From: an uncultured virus (IMG/VR IMGVR_UViG_3300020438_003889)
Taxonomy: Duplodnaviria > Heunggongvirae > Uroviricota > Caudoviricetes
DNA length: 64,000 nucleotides
IMG/VR virus record: IMGVR_UViG_3300020438_003889
Strand: one strand, 5' to 3'
In this document: piece by piece, positions 9,161-18,431 of the stretch
How positions within the stretch are numbered: position 1 is the stretch's first letter
Layout of the letters: each line of letters begins with the position of its first letter
Notes under the pieces: generated by a model
Told to the model about the DNA's origin: nothing
The model's database searches: none
The model's input: the letters and a program-made list of their open reading frames with translations, nothing else
Translations under genes and position numbers: made by a program

Positions 9161-9875
9161 AATGCTTGTCTAAATAATCAAACAATTTAATTGTAGGTTT
9201 CCATCCTATACTCATTAATGGTTTTATGTCTGCTTGGTTATCTAGTCTTTCGTGTTCGTCGCCAACTTTGTGTTCTACATTTTTCAAACCAACATGATTT
9301 ACAATGTCGATTAACGAATTTGTTTCTCCTGTGCCTACATCCATTACTCCTACTATATCGCTACCCATGACTTTTATTATTGCTCTGCATATATCATCGA
9401 CATGGATAAAATCTCTTGTATGATTAGTATTAACATAACGTACATCTCGATTTAATAATTTTGGTATAAACATAAACTCTCTTGCCTTAGGTCCGTATAC
9501 TGTTGTAAATCGTAACCCGACACTATTTTCAGGAGCAAGTTTTTCCATAGTCATTTTAGAATATGCATATGGGTTCCTGTCTGGTTCTGCGGCTGTGCTA
9601 GAACTTGCGTAAATTACCCTTGCGTTTTTATATTTTTCAAATATGCGTAAACTCCCTAAAACGTTATTTTGAAAATATGCGTTTGGATTTTTTATGCTAT
9701 CGCGTACCCCTGATCTTCCTGCTAGATGAATTACACAATCTATGTCTTCTGGTAAATCACAACTTTGGAGATCCTTTCCGTCCAGAACATCAATGGTGGT
9801 CACATCGTGGTCTTGTAATTTTGGTAGTAAGTTTGAACCAATAAAACCTTTATGACCTGTTAGCAGTATTCTCAT
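9153..9875 (-). CDS. NAD-dependent nucleotide-sugar epimerase/dehydratase
   Basis: TGHKGFIGS Rossmann motif, HLAG, ASSS, YAYSK (YxxxK), LRFTTVYG, RDFIHVDD. Confidence 0.9.
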   Translation of the reverse strand: MRILLTGHKGFIGSNLLPKLQDHDVTTIDVLDGKDLQSCDLPEDIDCVIHLAGRSGVRDSIKNPNAYFQNNVLGSLRIFEKYKNARVIYASSSTAAEPDRNPYAYSKMTMEKLAPENSVGLRFTTVYGPKAREFMFIPKLLNRDVRYVNTNHTRDFIHVDDICRAIIKVMGSDIVGVMDVGTGETNSLIDIVNHVGLKNVEHKVGDEHERLDNQADIKPLMSIGWKPTIKLFDYLDKHYG

Positions 9876-11347
9876 GACAGAACTCTTACTCCGTATTTCT
9901 GCTCAAATGCTTTACCATCTTTGACATCATTTACTATTGGTTGTCCTTTAATGTTCAAACTGGTGTTTAAAAGTATAGGGCAACCTGTCTTGTATTTCCA
10001 CTCTTTTAGCAGTTCGTAGAACCCCGGATTATCGCTTTTAGAGACGGTTTGCACACGACTTGTATTATCATGATGTATTATGGCAGGAAAGGCTTTACCA
10101 TGCGTACAAGGCGCTGTAAATTGCATATAAGGGGTGTTTTGAACACCTTTAGGCAGGGTAAAGTACTCATGCACATCTTCCTCTAATATTGCTGGAGCAA
10201 ACGGTCTAAACTTCTGTCTCTTCTTGATTCCGTTTACCAAATCTTTGATCTCTGGTCCTCTTGGATCTGCCAACAGTGATCTATTACCAAGTGCTCTAGG
10301 ACCAAACTCTGTTCGGCCACTTGCTACACCACACATTTTATTTTCTGTTAATTCTTTTATGATTGCATCTACTGGATACTCTCCCTCTATGTTGTATCCC
10401 AAGAACGGATTGTTCCAATCTAGGTGTTGTTTTTCTGCGGCGGCAATACAACCTAGTGAACTGCCTGCATCTCCTGGATTTGGTATTATCCATATGTTGT
10501 CAAACAATGCCATGTTGGCCAAAGAACTGTTGGCCGCACAGTTAAGTGCTACTCCGCCGGCATACACTAAATTTTTTGGTTTGCCCATGGGAGCATATTG
10601 CGATGCCTTGTGCCAAAGTCCTGCCAAGCATTCAACTGTTACTTCTTGGATACTTGCGGCAATGTCCATTACGTCTGCTTCAGGATGCCACTCTCCCAAT
10701 CCCCTGTGTAGGTTCTTCTTAAGTTTGAACGGTGACTGTTGCACAAAGTCTTCATAGATATCGTCTTTGTATTTGGGTTCACCATATGCGGCCATGCCCA
10801 TTAGGATGTATTCTTCTTCAGCAGGCTTTAGTCCACAACGTTGTGTGAATGCTGAATATAATATTCCCAAACTGTGAGGATACCGTATTGTTTCTTTTCT
10901 TTCAATTTTATTTCCTACTGCTGTAGATATTGATACTGTGTCCCATTCGCCTATTGCGTCCACTGTTAATATTACTGCTTCGTTGAATGGTGATGTAAAA
11001 TATCCTGCCGCGGCGTGTGAGTCATGATGGAGAACACATTCATCTATTTTTATTCCAAACATGGCACAATGTCTGTGAGGCATTTCTGTATAAGATAATG
11101 CAGGTCCGTACTGTCCTGCGTACAGTTGTCTGGTCTTTTTCAACAAAGGTTTTTCATAATATACCACTTTGTCAAAAGGACCATACGTCATTGCTTCATT
11201 GACTATTTCTTGATTCAGGTAGTGATCATTCTTCACTTTGGAGTAACGTTCTGCGTGTGCGGCCCATAATATATCTCCGCCACCTTGTATGTCTACCACT
11301 GCCATAGCGGCATCATGATTCATGCAATTTATTCCTAAAATTCTCAT
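9872..11347 (-). CDS. O-carbamoyltransferase (NodU/CmcH/TobZ family)
   Basis: HDAA, ERYS, HHDSHAA, DAIGE, GGVALNC, EFGPRALGNRS, FRPFAP, RVQTV, LLNTSLN. Confidence 0.92.
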   Translation of the reverse strand: MRILGINCMNHDAAMAVVDIQGGGDILWAAHAERYSKVKNDHYLNQEIVNEAMTYGPFDKVVYYEKPLLKKTRQLYAGQYGPALSYTEMPHRHCAMFGIKIDECVLHHDSHAAAGYFTSPFNEAVILTVDAIGEWDTVSISTAVGNKIERKETIRYPHSLGILYSAFTQRCGLKPAEEEYILMGMAAYGEPKYKDDIYEDFVQQSPFKLKKNLHRGLGEWHPEADVMDIAASIQEVTVECLAGLWHKASQYAPMGKPKNLVYAGGVALNCAANSSLANMALFDNIWIIPNPGDAGSSLGCIAAAEKQHLDWNNPFLGYNIEGEYPVDAIIKELTENKMCGVASGRTEFGPRALGNRSLLADPRGPEIKDLVNGIKKRQKFRPFAPAILEEDVHEYFTLPKGVQNTPYMQFTAPCTHGKAFPAIIHHDNTSRVQTVSKSDNPGFYELLKEWKYKTGCPILLNTSLNIKGQPIVNDVKDGKAFEQKYGVRVLS

Positions 11348-11730
11348 AACTGTTCCACGTACCTTTTTAATTCTTTGTCTTGGACATCATCGGGTATTTC
11401 ATTCTTATAAAATATTTTATAACTGTCACTGCCGTACTTGCCTATACCATATAAGTCAGATGCTTCTTTGCCATCCCATGTGAGATACTCTTTGCTCATT
11501 TGTCTTAATCTTTTTGCTCTCACACTCCACATACCCAAAGGCTTTAACATATTTTCTTGTGTTTTTAATCTGCCACGCAGGTATGCTTCAGAAGTTGGAT
11601 ATCTCTTGAACAACTTTGGCAATACTTCTTTTACTTGTTTTCTATATGTTTGATTCAGACAAATGACCCCAACCATGTGTTGCCATTTACTTTTGACTTG
11701 TTGCTGTACCATTAAATCTTCTCTCATCAT
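11344..11730 (-). CDS. minimal HhH-GPD DNA glycosylase, MBD4 catalytic-domain-like
   Basis: WQHMVGVICLNQT, LKPLG...RAKRL, HhH 'LYGIGKYGSDSY', C-terminal 'QDKEL' with candidate catalytic Asp. Confidence 0.8.
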   Translation of the reverse strand: MMREDLMVQQQVKSKWQHMVGVICLNQTYRKQVKEVLPKLFKRYPTSEAYLRGRLKTQENMLKPLGMWSVRAKRLRQMSKEYLTWDGKEASDLYGIGKYGSDSYKIFYKNEIPDDVQDKELKRYVEQL

Positions 11731-11912
11731 TTAATTTTTTCCCATAACCATTCGTGCCCATAATACATTATACTACCTGCAGGAATACTTGCTAATGATA
11801 ATCCAAATGTGTACCACAGATCACCACCAACAACAAAAGCATAACTCATAAACCAAACAAGACCTAGTAGTTGCCAACTAATGGTTTTTAATATTCTTTT
11901 TTTGTTCCACAT
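11727..11912 (-). CDS. small membrane protein (DUF2061-like)
   Basis: KRILKTISW...YYGHEWLW pattern with two hydrophobic helices. Confidence 0.65.
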   Translation of the reverse strand: MWNKKRILKTISWQLLGLVWFMSYAFVVGGDLWYTFGLSLASIPAGSIMYYGHEWLWEKIK

Positions 11913-11923
11913 TTATTTTGTTT

Positions 11924-12028
11924 CTATTTGTATATGAACGGATCTTTTTTCTTTAATTCTTTGATACGTTTTCTATATGCAATTTCTGATTTCAGTTTTG
12001 CAATTAGATTCTTTATCCAATTAATCAT
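11924..12028 (-). CDS. small basic peptide (34 aa, not in ORF track)
   Basis: GGAGAAC SD then MINWIKNLIAKLKSEIAYRKRIKELKKKDPFIYK*; fills the gap between neighbours. Confidence 0.65.
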   Translation of the reverse strand: MINWIKNLIAKLKSEIAYRKRIKELKKKDPFIYK

Positions 12029-12038
12029 TTGTTCTCCT

Positions 12039-12233
12039 TTATATTTTCTCAAAAGTTGCCATTACCAGTGGACCAAATGTGCTTATTGCCCACCCAGTTG
12101 CAATAAGGGTTACTACACCTATTGCTAACCATTTCATTTTAAAGTCATCAACAACCATTTTAATTCCTATAAGTTCGTTGCCTAGTACTCTTAATGAAAG
12201 TTCTAGTTTTCCGTCGTCGTTATCTTTCGCCAT
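12039..12233 (-). CDS. small membrane protein
   Basis: Likely start MAKDND at 12233 (GAAGG SD); C-terminal hydrophobic helix. Confidence 0.65.
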   Translation of the reverse strand: MAKDNDDGKLELSLRVLGNELIGIKMVVDDFKMKWLAIGVVTLIATGWAISTFGPLVMATFEKI

Positions 12234-12281
12234 TTTTTTTCCTTCTGTTGTGTTTAAAACATTGTACAATATAATGTTTCA

Positions 12282-13391
12282 TTATAATACCTTTCTTTTT
12301 GGTATTTTTGAATCAGCACTCGATACACATGAGTCAGTCATACAAGGCATCGGTGCACTGAATAATTTAAATCCTGTTTCTATATTACCTAAAGGTACGT
12401 CTCGACAACTGTAACTACGTTTGATACTACCATCAGGCTCTCTTATGATAATGCCTTGATACCCGGAGTTGCATAACCAACCTTTAAATTTATTAAAGTT
12501 AAATGCATTGAAACGTTCTGCTTGGTCCATGTACCATTTTTTACCATGTGAGTCTTTGAACTCTACTTGAAAATGTGCTGGCACACTTTTATCGTTTTGT
12601 TCTTCTGTGTCTTGTGGCATGGCAAATCTTGGTTTTGGTCTTTCAACATACTTACGTTTTGCTTCTGTATATGCTCTTTGTGGCATTCCGTTATATAACT
12701 TGTCTAACATTTCTTTAGAATAACCATCTACAACTTTACTTGCTGTAGGATCTGACTGTGGTTTAAGAGTTACATTGATCCCTTGCTCATGGAAAAATAA
12801 TGCATTGTCGTAATATTCATCAAATGCATCTGGAACCATAACCATATTAATTGTTACTTGTACATCATGCTCCTGGCATAATATTAACTTGTCTGCTAGG
12901 TCTTGCATTTTTTCTTTTGTGTTTACGTGTTCTGTGTGTAGACTTGCTGTAATTGATGCTCTGTGAAAAGGTTTTGCATACTCTACATATGTTTGAAACC
13001 ATTTAAAAGGTCGTGAACAGTTGCTTGTCATGTGTATGGAAGTATAATTTGTATTAGGAACATCATCAGCAAGATATTTTAGAATATCAAGATATCCTGG
13101 ATGAAAAGTAGGCTCTCCGCCAGACAAACTGAAATGAAAACTGTTGAATCCATTTTGTCTTGCTTGTTTTTTAATTTCATCGATGGTTGATAAACATAGT
13201 GCAGTCGGTCTGTGGTCTTTTTTATCTGACCTTGCATACGGCCAACAGTAAGAACATCTGTAATTACAAAATCTACCTAGCAACCAACTCACAGTAAACA
13301 AGTCTCTGTATAATAACGTTCGCTGTCCAACAGATACAAGATCGTTGTAAGGAATTTTTGTAAAGTCGTAATTGCTCCATTTAAGATCCAT
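12282..13391 (-). CDS. radical SAM protein (subfamily A, C-terminal Cys/Twitch-like domain)
   Basis: CNYRCSYC, SGGEPT, TSN; C-terminal FKGWLC...C...C..DSC. Confidence 0.9.
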   Translation of the reverse strand: MDLKWSNYDFTKIPYNDLVSVGQRTLLYRDLFTVSWLLGRFCNYRCSYCWPYARSDKKDHRPTALCLSTIDEIKKQARQNGFNSFHFSLSGGEPTFHPGYLDILKYLADDVPNTNYTSIHMTSNCSRPFKWFQTYVEYAKPFHRASITASLHTEHVNTKEKMQDLADKLILCQEHDVQVTINMVMVPDAFDEYYDNALFFHEQGINVTLKPQSDPTASKVVDGYSKEMLDKLYNGMPQRAYTEAKRKYVERPKPRFAMPQDTEEQNDKSVPAHFQVEFKDSHGKKWYMDQAERFNAFNFNKFKGWLCNSGYQGIIIREPDGSIKRSYSCRDVPLGNIETGFKLFSAPMPCMTDSCVSSADSKIPKRKVL

Positions 13392-14557
13392 TATAACACC
13401 AATCCTTTATATTTCTCATCTATGTATTTTGTTTGTCTTAGATCCATGGGATCTGTACATCTAAACTTCTCACACACTACAGGTTTTGTAGGTAATTGTA
13501 CAGAGTCGTCCATTGTATAAATGTTTGCTAATGGACCACCTTGGAAACAGTTTCCTATAAAGATATCTCCGTTGGGTGCAACTTTTAACAATGTAACTCC
13601 TGCATAGCAAGTCCAACCTTTGAAACTTGTTTTGTATTCGTAGTTTAAACTGTTATAGTGATACGACTCTTCTTTTATAGATCCGTCTTCGCCCTCTACA
13701 AAACCTAATAACCATTTTCTTTCCGCGGCAACTCCTTCGTACATTTTTTGCAATACATCTCTGTCGTCTTCACTGTACCAACGTTCTTCTCTTTTGAATA
13801 TCTCTGTTACGTCACTTGCATTGGACCAGTCCGGAGCAACTTTAGTTTCTGTGTCTACATCTTTAACACTGGGTTTGGTTTTCCACTTGTAATTTCCTTT
13901 GTCTGTTTTAACTTTGCTTTCTGCAACGAACATATCTTTTTGAGGACGTATTACTCTATGTTCAATTTTTTGTATTCCGAACTCTTTGAAATGTGCCGTC
14001 ATGTCTGCAATCTCTTTATTGAATCCAGGCAGTACCATAAAACGTGCAATAAATTGTTTGGGTTGCATCTGTCCTAGATCCCAGCCTTCTTTGTCTTTAG
14101 GAATATTATCGTTCCACTCTCTTCTGAACGTTTCCAACTGTAATGCTTTTTCTGTAAAATCTTCTATCTTGGGTGTAATGTGTTCAAAGTGTAAACTGTA
14201 TGTGATGTTGTCTACTAATTCATACATCTTGTACATATATTCAATTGTTCTACTGCCGTTTGTACACACAGATATTTGATATTTTTTGTCCTGCAAGTAT
14301 TCTAGTAATTGCATGAAGTCAGGATTGAGTGTTGGCTCGCCACCTGTCAAACTCCAGTGAATATTTGTTCCGTACCTTGCAACAATTTTATCTACAAAGA
14401 TTTTCATCTTTTCAAAAGGCACGTGCTTAGAATAGTTGTCGTGTATAAAGTCAGCACAATAAGAACAAGCAAAGTTACATCTCTTACCGATATACCAATC
14501 GATCATCATTGTTTTAAGTTTGTTGTGCTTGTATTTTGTTGCTACTAGTTTAGACAT
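13391..14557 (-). CDS. radical SAM protein (subfamily A)
   Basis: CNFACSYC, TGGEPT, TNGS; FKGWTC...GNC...CEKFRC; likely start MSKL at 14557. Confidence 0.9.
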   Translation of the reverse strand: MSKLVATKYKHNKLKTMMIDWYIGKRCNFACSYCADFIHDNYSKHVPFEKMKIFVDKIVARYGTNIHWSLTGGEPTLNPDFMQLLEYLQDKKYQISVCTNGSRTIEYMYKMYELVDNITYSLHFEHITPKIEDFTEKALQLETFRREWNDNIPKDKEGWDLGQMQPKQFIARFMVLPGFNKEIADMTAHFKEFGIQKIEHRVIRPQKDMFVAESKVKTDKGNYKWKTKPSVKDVDTETKVAPDWSNASDVTEIFKREERWYSEDDRDVLQKMYEGVAAERKWLLGFVEGEDGSIKEESYHYNSLNYEYKTSFKGWTCYAGVTLLKVAPNGDIFIGNCFQGGPLANIYTMDDSVQLPTKPVVCEKFRCTDPMDLRQTKYIDEKYKGLVL

Positions 14558-15659
14558 TTTCTTTCCTGTATTTTGGTATATTGATGTCTCCTTCTTTGAA
14601 TAACCTATCAAATTTTTTCTCTTTGTTCCAATATTTTTTTTGATTACAGTTGTTTGCACAAATCTGTGGATCACAAGTGTTCCATTTAGTCATAAGCATA
14701 TCCCACCACGGGTCTTCCATTATGTCACGCAAAGTACGTGAATCTAAATCATTATTAAATCCTTTAAAGAACGGTACTGTATCAGATTGATGATTTTCTT
14801 TTGTACTGATCAAATACTCGTCAATGACTTGCCATGAATGAAAATAACAACACGGCAAAAGTTTAAATTCGTTTGTTATGTACATCATGCTTTTTTCCAT
14901 TACCTTACAAGCAATCTCTTTTACTTCACCGGTAGCCGCATTGTATCTAATTGTTTCTTTTTTAGTAACTGCTGGTGGTTGTGGTACTTTGTCTCCCATG
15001 CCTTCTAGTCTTGCATATGAATTGTCTTTTGGATCATAATGTCTCACAGATGGTTCAGATATGAACGTCATGAACCCCATGTCTCTGGCCATACGTTCTG
15101 CTTCATCTACTTGATGTTCATTGTGCTTGAATATGATGTACTTCCATTCTGCTATTCCACCTGCGTCAATATATGTTTGTGCATTTTCCATTATTTTGTC
15201 AAAGTCTGTTCTTATCCTGTACAGAGGATTGGTATCTTTTAAACCATCAACACTGAAAGTGACCATCATTTTTCTTCCGTCTTTGACACCACCAGATGCC
15301 TTGCTTATTTCACCTAATTGTTTCCATACTGCTGTTGACCTCAAAGAACCGTTGGTGTCTATTGTAACTGCTTTGAATCCTGCATCACTGCAAAGTTTGA
15401 ATATTTCTACTGCTTCAGGATTCATCATGGGATCTCCGCCCACGCCTGCCATGTATAGAACCACTTTGGATGGATCTGGAATTTGTTTAATAAAACTTTC
15501 CATTTGTTTTAGTGTTAAATGCCCTTTTCTAAATCCTGGTCTTTCTTGGTCTGTTCCTAGCAACTGTCTGATACACAAAGGACATCTTGCGTTGCAGTGA
15601 CTGGATAATTCTATTTCAAACTTTTTAATGTTTTCTAATTTTTGCCAACGATTAGACAT
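14550..15659 (-). CDS. radical SAM protein (subfamily B, C-terminal SPASM/Twitch)
   Basis: CNARCPLC, GGDP, TNGS, FSVDGL, FKHNEHQ; C-terminal C...PCC...CANNC; GGAGG SD. Confidence 0.9.
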   Translation of the reverse strand: MSNRWQKLENIKKFEIELSSHCNARCPLCIRQLLGTDQERPGFRKGHLTLKQMESFIKQIPDPSKVVLYMAGVGGDPMMNPEAVEIFKLCSDAGFKAVTIDTNGSLRSTAVWKQLGEISKASGGVKDGRKMMVTFSVDGLKDTNPLYRIRTDFDKIMENAQTYIDAGGIAEWKYIIFKHNEHQVDEAERMARDMGFMTFISEPSVRHYDPKDNSYARLEGMGDKVPQPPAVTKKETIRYNAATGEVKEIACKVMEKSMMYITNEFKLLPCCYFHSWQVIDEYLISTKENHQSDTVPFFKGFNNDLDSRTLRDIMEDPWWDMLMTKWNTCDPQICANNCNQKKYWNKEKKFDRLFKEGDINIPKYRKENV

Positions 15660-16962
15660 CAAACACCTCCTTGAGATGAGGGAATATTTCTAATACATCT
15701 TGTTTTCTTTTTACATCTAATATTTTTGTGTACTCTATTAATTCTTCTTTGGATCCTTCTGTTGGTTTTTCTGTACTTCTCAATGTTCTTTGCAACACTT
15801 TAACCATGTCTTCTGACTCTTCGTTTAAGTGTGCATCTTGTAATGTGCCAACTAGAGGCTCTAAGTCCTTGATTGCTTGTTCTCTCAGATGCATTGGCAC
15901 GTGTTCTATTCTCATCAGATTAGGATTGGTAACAGGATCCATTCTCCATCTTAATCTTGGTAGATCATTTACTTTTGTATAGTTGTTGAACCAATCTACT
16001 AGTTTGTGCATTGTGCAACAATTATATGCCATGACAGAACTGGTTACCCACTGTCTCCAATGCGGGCCTAGTCCTTTTGTGAGTAGTAGATTCTTTTCAA
16101 TGTTTTCCCATCTGCTGTTGTGTCTGATGTATTCATTTTCTTTTCCGTATGCATCAATGGATATTCCTATCCATCCACTTTTAAATTGATTCCATAATTC
16201 AATGTGTCTTTCTCTTAAACTGTGAATGTTTGTGTGAACGTGTATGTGAATATGTTTGTTGTGTCCTGATTCAACCACTTTCTCCAACACTTTCCATAAC
16301 TCTTTGTCTACTGTTGGCTCTCCTCCGTGTATTTCAATGTACTTGATATCCGGCAGTGCTTCAAACAGTTGATTCTTAAAATATGCATTGTTGCCCAGAT
16401 ACCCAAATTTTTCATTATCTCTTAATGCTATTTCTGTTTGTATTTTGTATTCTGCAGGCAAGTCTTTTTTGTATTGAGCAAACTCATCTCTGATTTTACT
16501 GCTGGTTTGAGGAATACACATCCTGCAGGCTTGATTACAGATACTGCTGAATCTCAATTCCCACCATGTGGGTAATGTTTTCATGTACCCGTCATTTTTA
16601 TCTGCTTCTTCAACCAGGTGTTTGTTGTCCTCATAGTTCATATCAATAAACGATTGTCTTTTACTGTGAGCACCCATGGCATCTTCTTGATAACAGGTTT
16701 CACAGAATTTAATGTATTCTCCGTTTATTTTTTTCTTCCTAAAATCACGCATGAACTCACTGTTCCATATATCCTTGATATTATCTTTTGTGAGATTTAA
16801 AAAGTCACCTCCTGGCTCCATTAAGTTGCTAACGTTCCTATCCTTTTTAATCGGCTTCATACCCATGACTTGACTGCAAGGTTTTATTTGTCCGTTGGGT
16901 CTTGTGTTCAACGTCATAAACGGTAACATACAAAATCTTGGCTTTTTCTTATAGTCTTTCAT
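15652..16962 (-). CDS. radical SAM protein (subfamily C, N-terminal Twitch-like domain)
   Basis: FCMLPF...KPC...CETC, then CNQACRMC, HGGEP. Confidence 0.9.
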   Translation of the reverse strand: MKDYKKKPRFCMLPFMTLNTRPNGQIKPCSQVMGMKPIKKDRNVSNLMEPGGDFLNLTKDNIKDIWNSEFMRDFRKKKINGEYIKFCETCYQEDAMGAHSKRQSFIDMNYEDNKHLVEEADKNDGYMKTLPTWWELRFSSICNQACRMCIPQTSSKIRDEFAQYKKDLPAEYKIQTEIALRDNEKFGYLGNNAYFKNQLFEALPDIKYIEIHGGEPTVDKELWKVLEKVVESGHNKHIHIHVHTNIHSLRERHIELWNQFKSGWIGISIDAYGKENEYIRHNSRWENIEKNLLLTKGLGPHWRQWVTSSVMAYNCCTMHKLVDWFNNYTKVNDLPRLRWRMDPVTNPNLMRIEHVPMHLREQAIKDLEPLVGTLQDAHLNEESEDMVKVLQRTLRSTEKPTEGSKEELIEYTKILDVKRKQDVLEIFPHLKEVFDV

Positions 16963-18431
16963 TAATACAATCCCTTAGGTAAATCATACCACTTCTTCAT
17001 ACTTTCGTATAATTCCGGACAAGTTTTTTTCCAATCAGTTTTTCGTATTTCGTCCAACTTGTCTAGATAATGAAGAGAATTACTTCTCCATTTTATTAAT
17101 TCTTGTTCTTCATATTTTGTTGAATACATAAATGTTTCAAATCTGTCTAATATCTTATTAGCATGATTAATCTTTTGTTCCCACGATGCATTGTTGCTGT
17201 TGCCGTACTCTTTTTGCCAATCTGTGCTGTTCCACTTTGTTTTATATTCTCTAAATCTTTCAATCAATTTCTTTTTAAATGAATCTTCTAATATATTAAC
17301 ATTCAAATAAGCAGGTCTGTGTACAGGGTGTGGCGTCATTACAGGTGTTTCTTCCCACGGTCCTACCCTACTATAATTGTTTGTTAATAGATATTCAATA
17401 AACTCTGGCAATTGCCATATGTTTAGTATTTGTATTGTACTTGTTATATGTAGATCAAATCTACCTTCTGCTTGAGTGAACTTTTTAAAGTTCTCTTCGA
17501 TCTTCCACCACTTGCTCGGAAATCTAATTAAATCATTAACTTCACCTATACCGTCTATGCTAACTCCCATAATAACAAGTTTAAAGTGTTTCCAAATTTT
17601 CCATGCTCTTTGAGGTATGTTAGTAATATTACTGTTGTATTCTAAAACTAATTTGTCTGCTACACCTACATCAATACACTTTTGTAGGAAGTCGTAATGT
17701 GCATCAATCATTAAAGGTTCTCCGCCCACAATGTATATTCTTCTAAACTGATTGATATGAGCATATATCTGCTTCCATAAATTTGGATCATCACTCCATT
17801 CAAATATATTTTTAGCAGGTTCCAATTTGTTCTTTTTGTTTTTAACAAGATCTATTTTTTCTCCACTATCCCAAAAGTTATTATATCCCCAAATTTTATT
17901 GTAATCATCATACCATTGATTACTGTCTGTTGGCGAACACATAACACATTTTAAATTACATAAGTTTCCAAAACGTATATCAAAAAATGTTACAGGAAAG
18001 TCTTTATTACTAATTGATCCATCTTTGTTTGTAAGTGCTTTTGCTTTTTCAAAACTTGGATATGATTCCGGTTCAGTTATATCTGCTAATATGTTTCTTT
18101 CATAGATGTTTCGAGATTTCATTCCACTTTTAAATTCTCTTTCACATCTTATGCAAGGTTCAGGCCATTTGCCTTGCAACATTTCTGCACGAACTTTTCT
18201 CATCATTTTGCTGTTTACAACATCATCCCATTGTGCTGTTCCGATGTGTGCGTTCTTGCCTTCTTTGTCTTGTACTGTACCTCTACTTTCACTGGCCGCA
18301 CTATGACAACAAACTCTATAAGCACCATTTCCTTTGATGCTGACGTGAGTCCAGGGCAATACACACCAACTGTCTGGTGCATCTTTGTTTTTGTTTATAT
18401 TTGTTCTAAAGTTGTTTTCTAATTTTGCCAT
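16962..18431 (-). CDS. radical SAM protein (subfamily C)
   Basis: WCVLPW...VCC...CIRC, then CNLKCVMC, VGGEP. Confidence 0.9.
   Translation of the reverse strand: MAKLENNFRTNINKNKDAPDSWCVLPWTHVSIKGNGAYRVCCHSAASESRGTVQDKEGKNAHIGTAQWDDVVNSKMMRKVRAEMLQGKWPEPCIRCEREFKSGMKSRNIYERNILADITEPESYPSFEKAKALTNKDGSISNKDFPVTFFDIRFGNLCNLKCVMCSPTDSNQWYDDYNKIWGYNNFWDSGEKIDLVKNKKNKLEPAKNIFEWSDDPNLWKQIYAHINQFRRIYIVGGEPLMIDAHYDFLQKCIDVGVADKLVLEYNSNITNIPQRAWKIWKHFKLVIMGVSIDGIGEVNDLIRFPSKWWKIEENFKKFTQAEGRFDLHITSTIQILNIWQLPEFIEYLLTNNYSRVGPWEETPVMTPHPVHRPAYLNVNILEDSFKKKLIERFREYKTKWNSTDWQKEYGNSNNASWEQKINHANKILDRFETFMYSTKYEEQELIKWRSNSLHYLDKLDEIRKTDWKKTCPELYESMKKWYDLPKGLY

Noticed and set aside
10224..10757. 177 aa + strand ORF
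   Set aside because: Fully antisense to the well-supported carbamoyltransferase
12261..12286. Palindromes ATTGTACAAT and TATAATG-TTT-CATTATA
   Set aside because: Short AT-rich repeats expected by chance; no convincing -35 element
9872..16962. Apparent slightly higher GC or different codon use in parts of the island
   Set aside because: Impression by eye only; needs a sliding-window GC/codon analysis that I could not run
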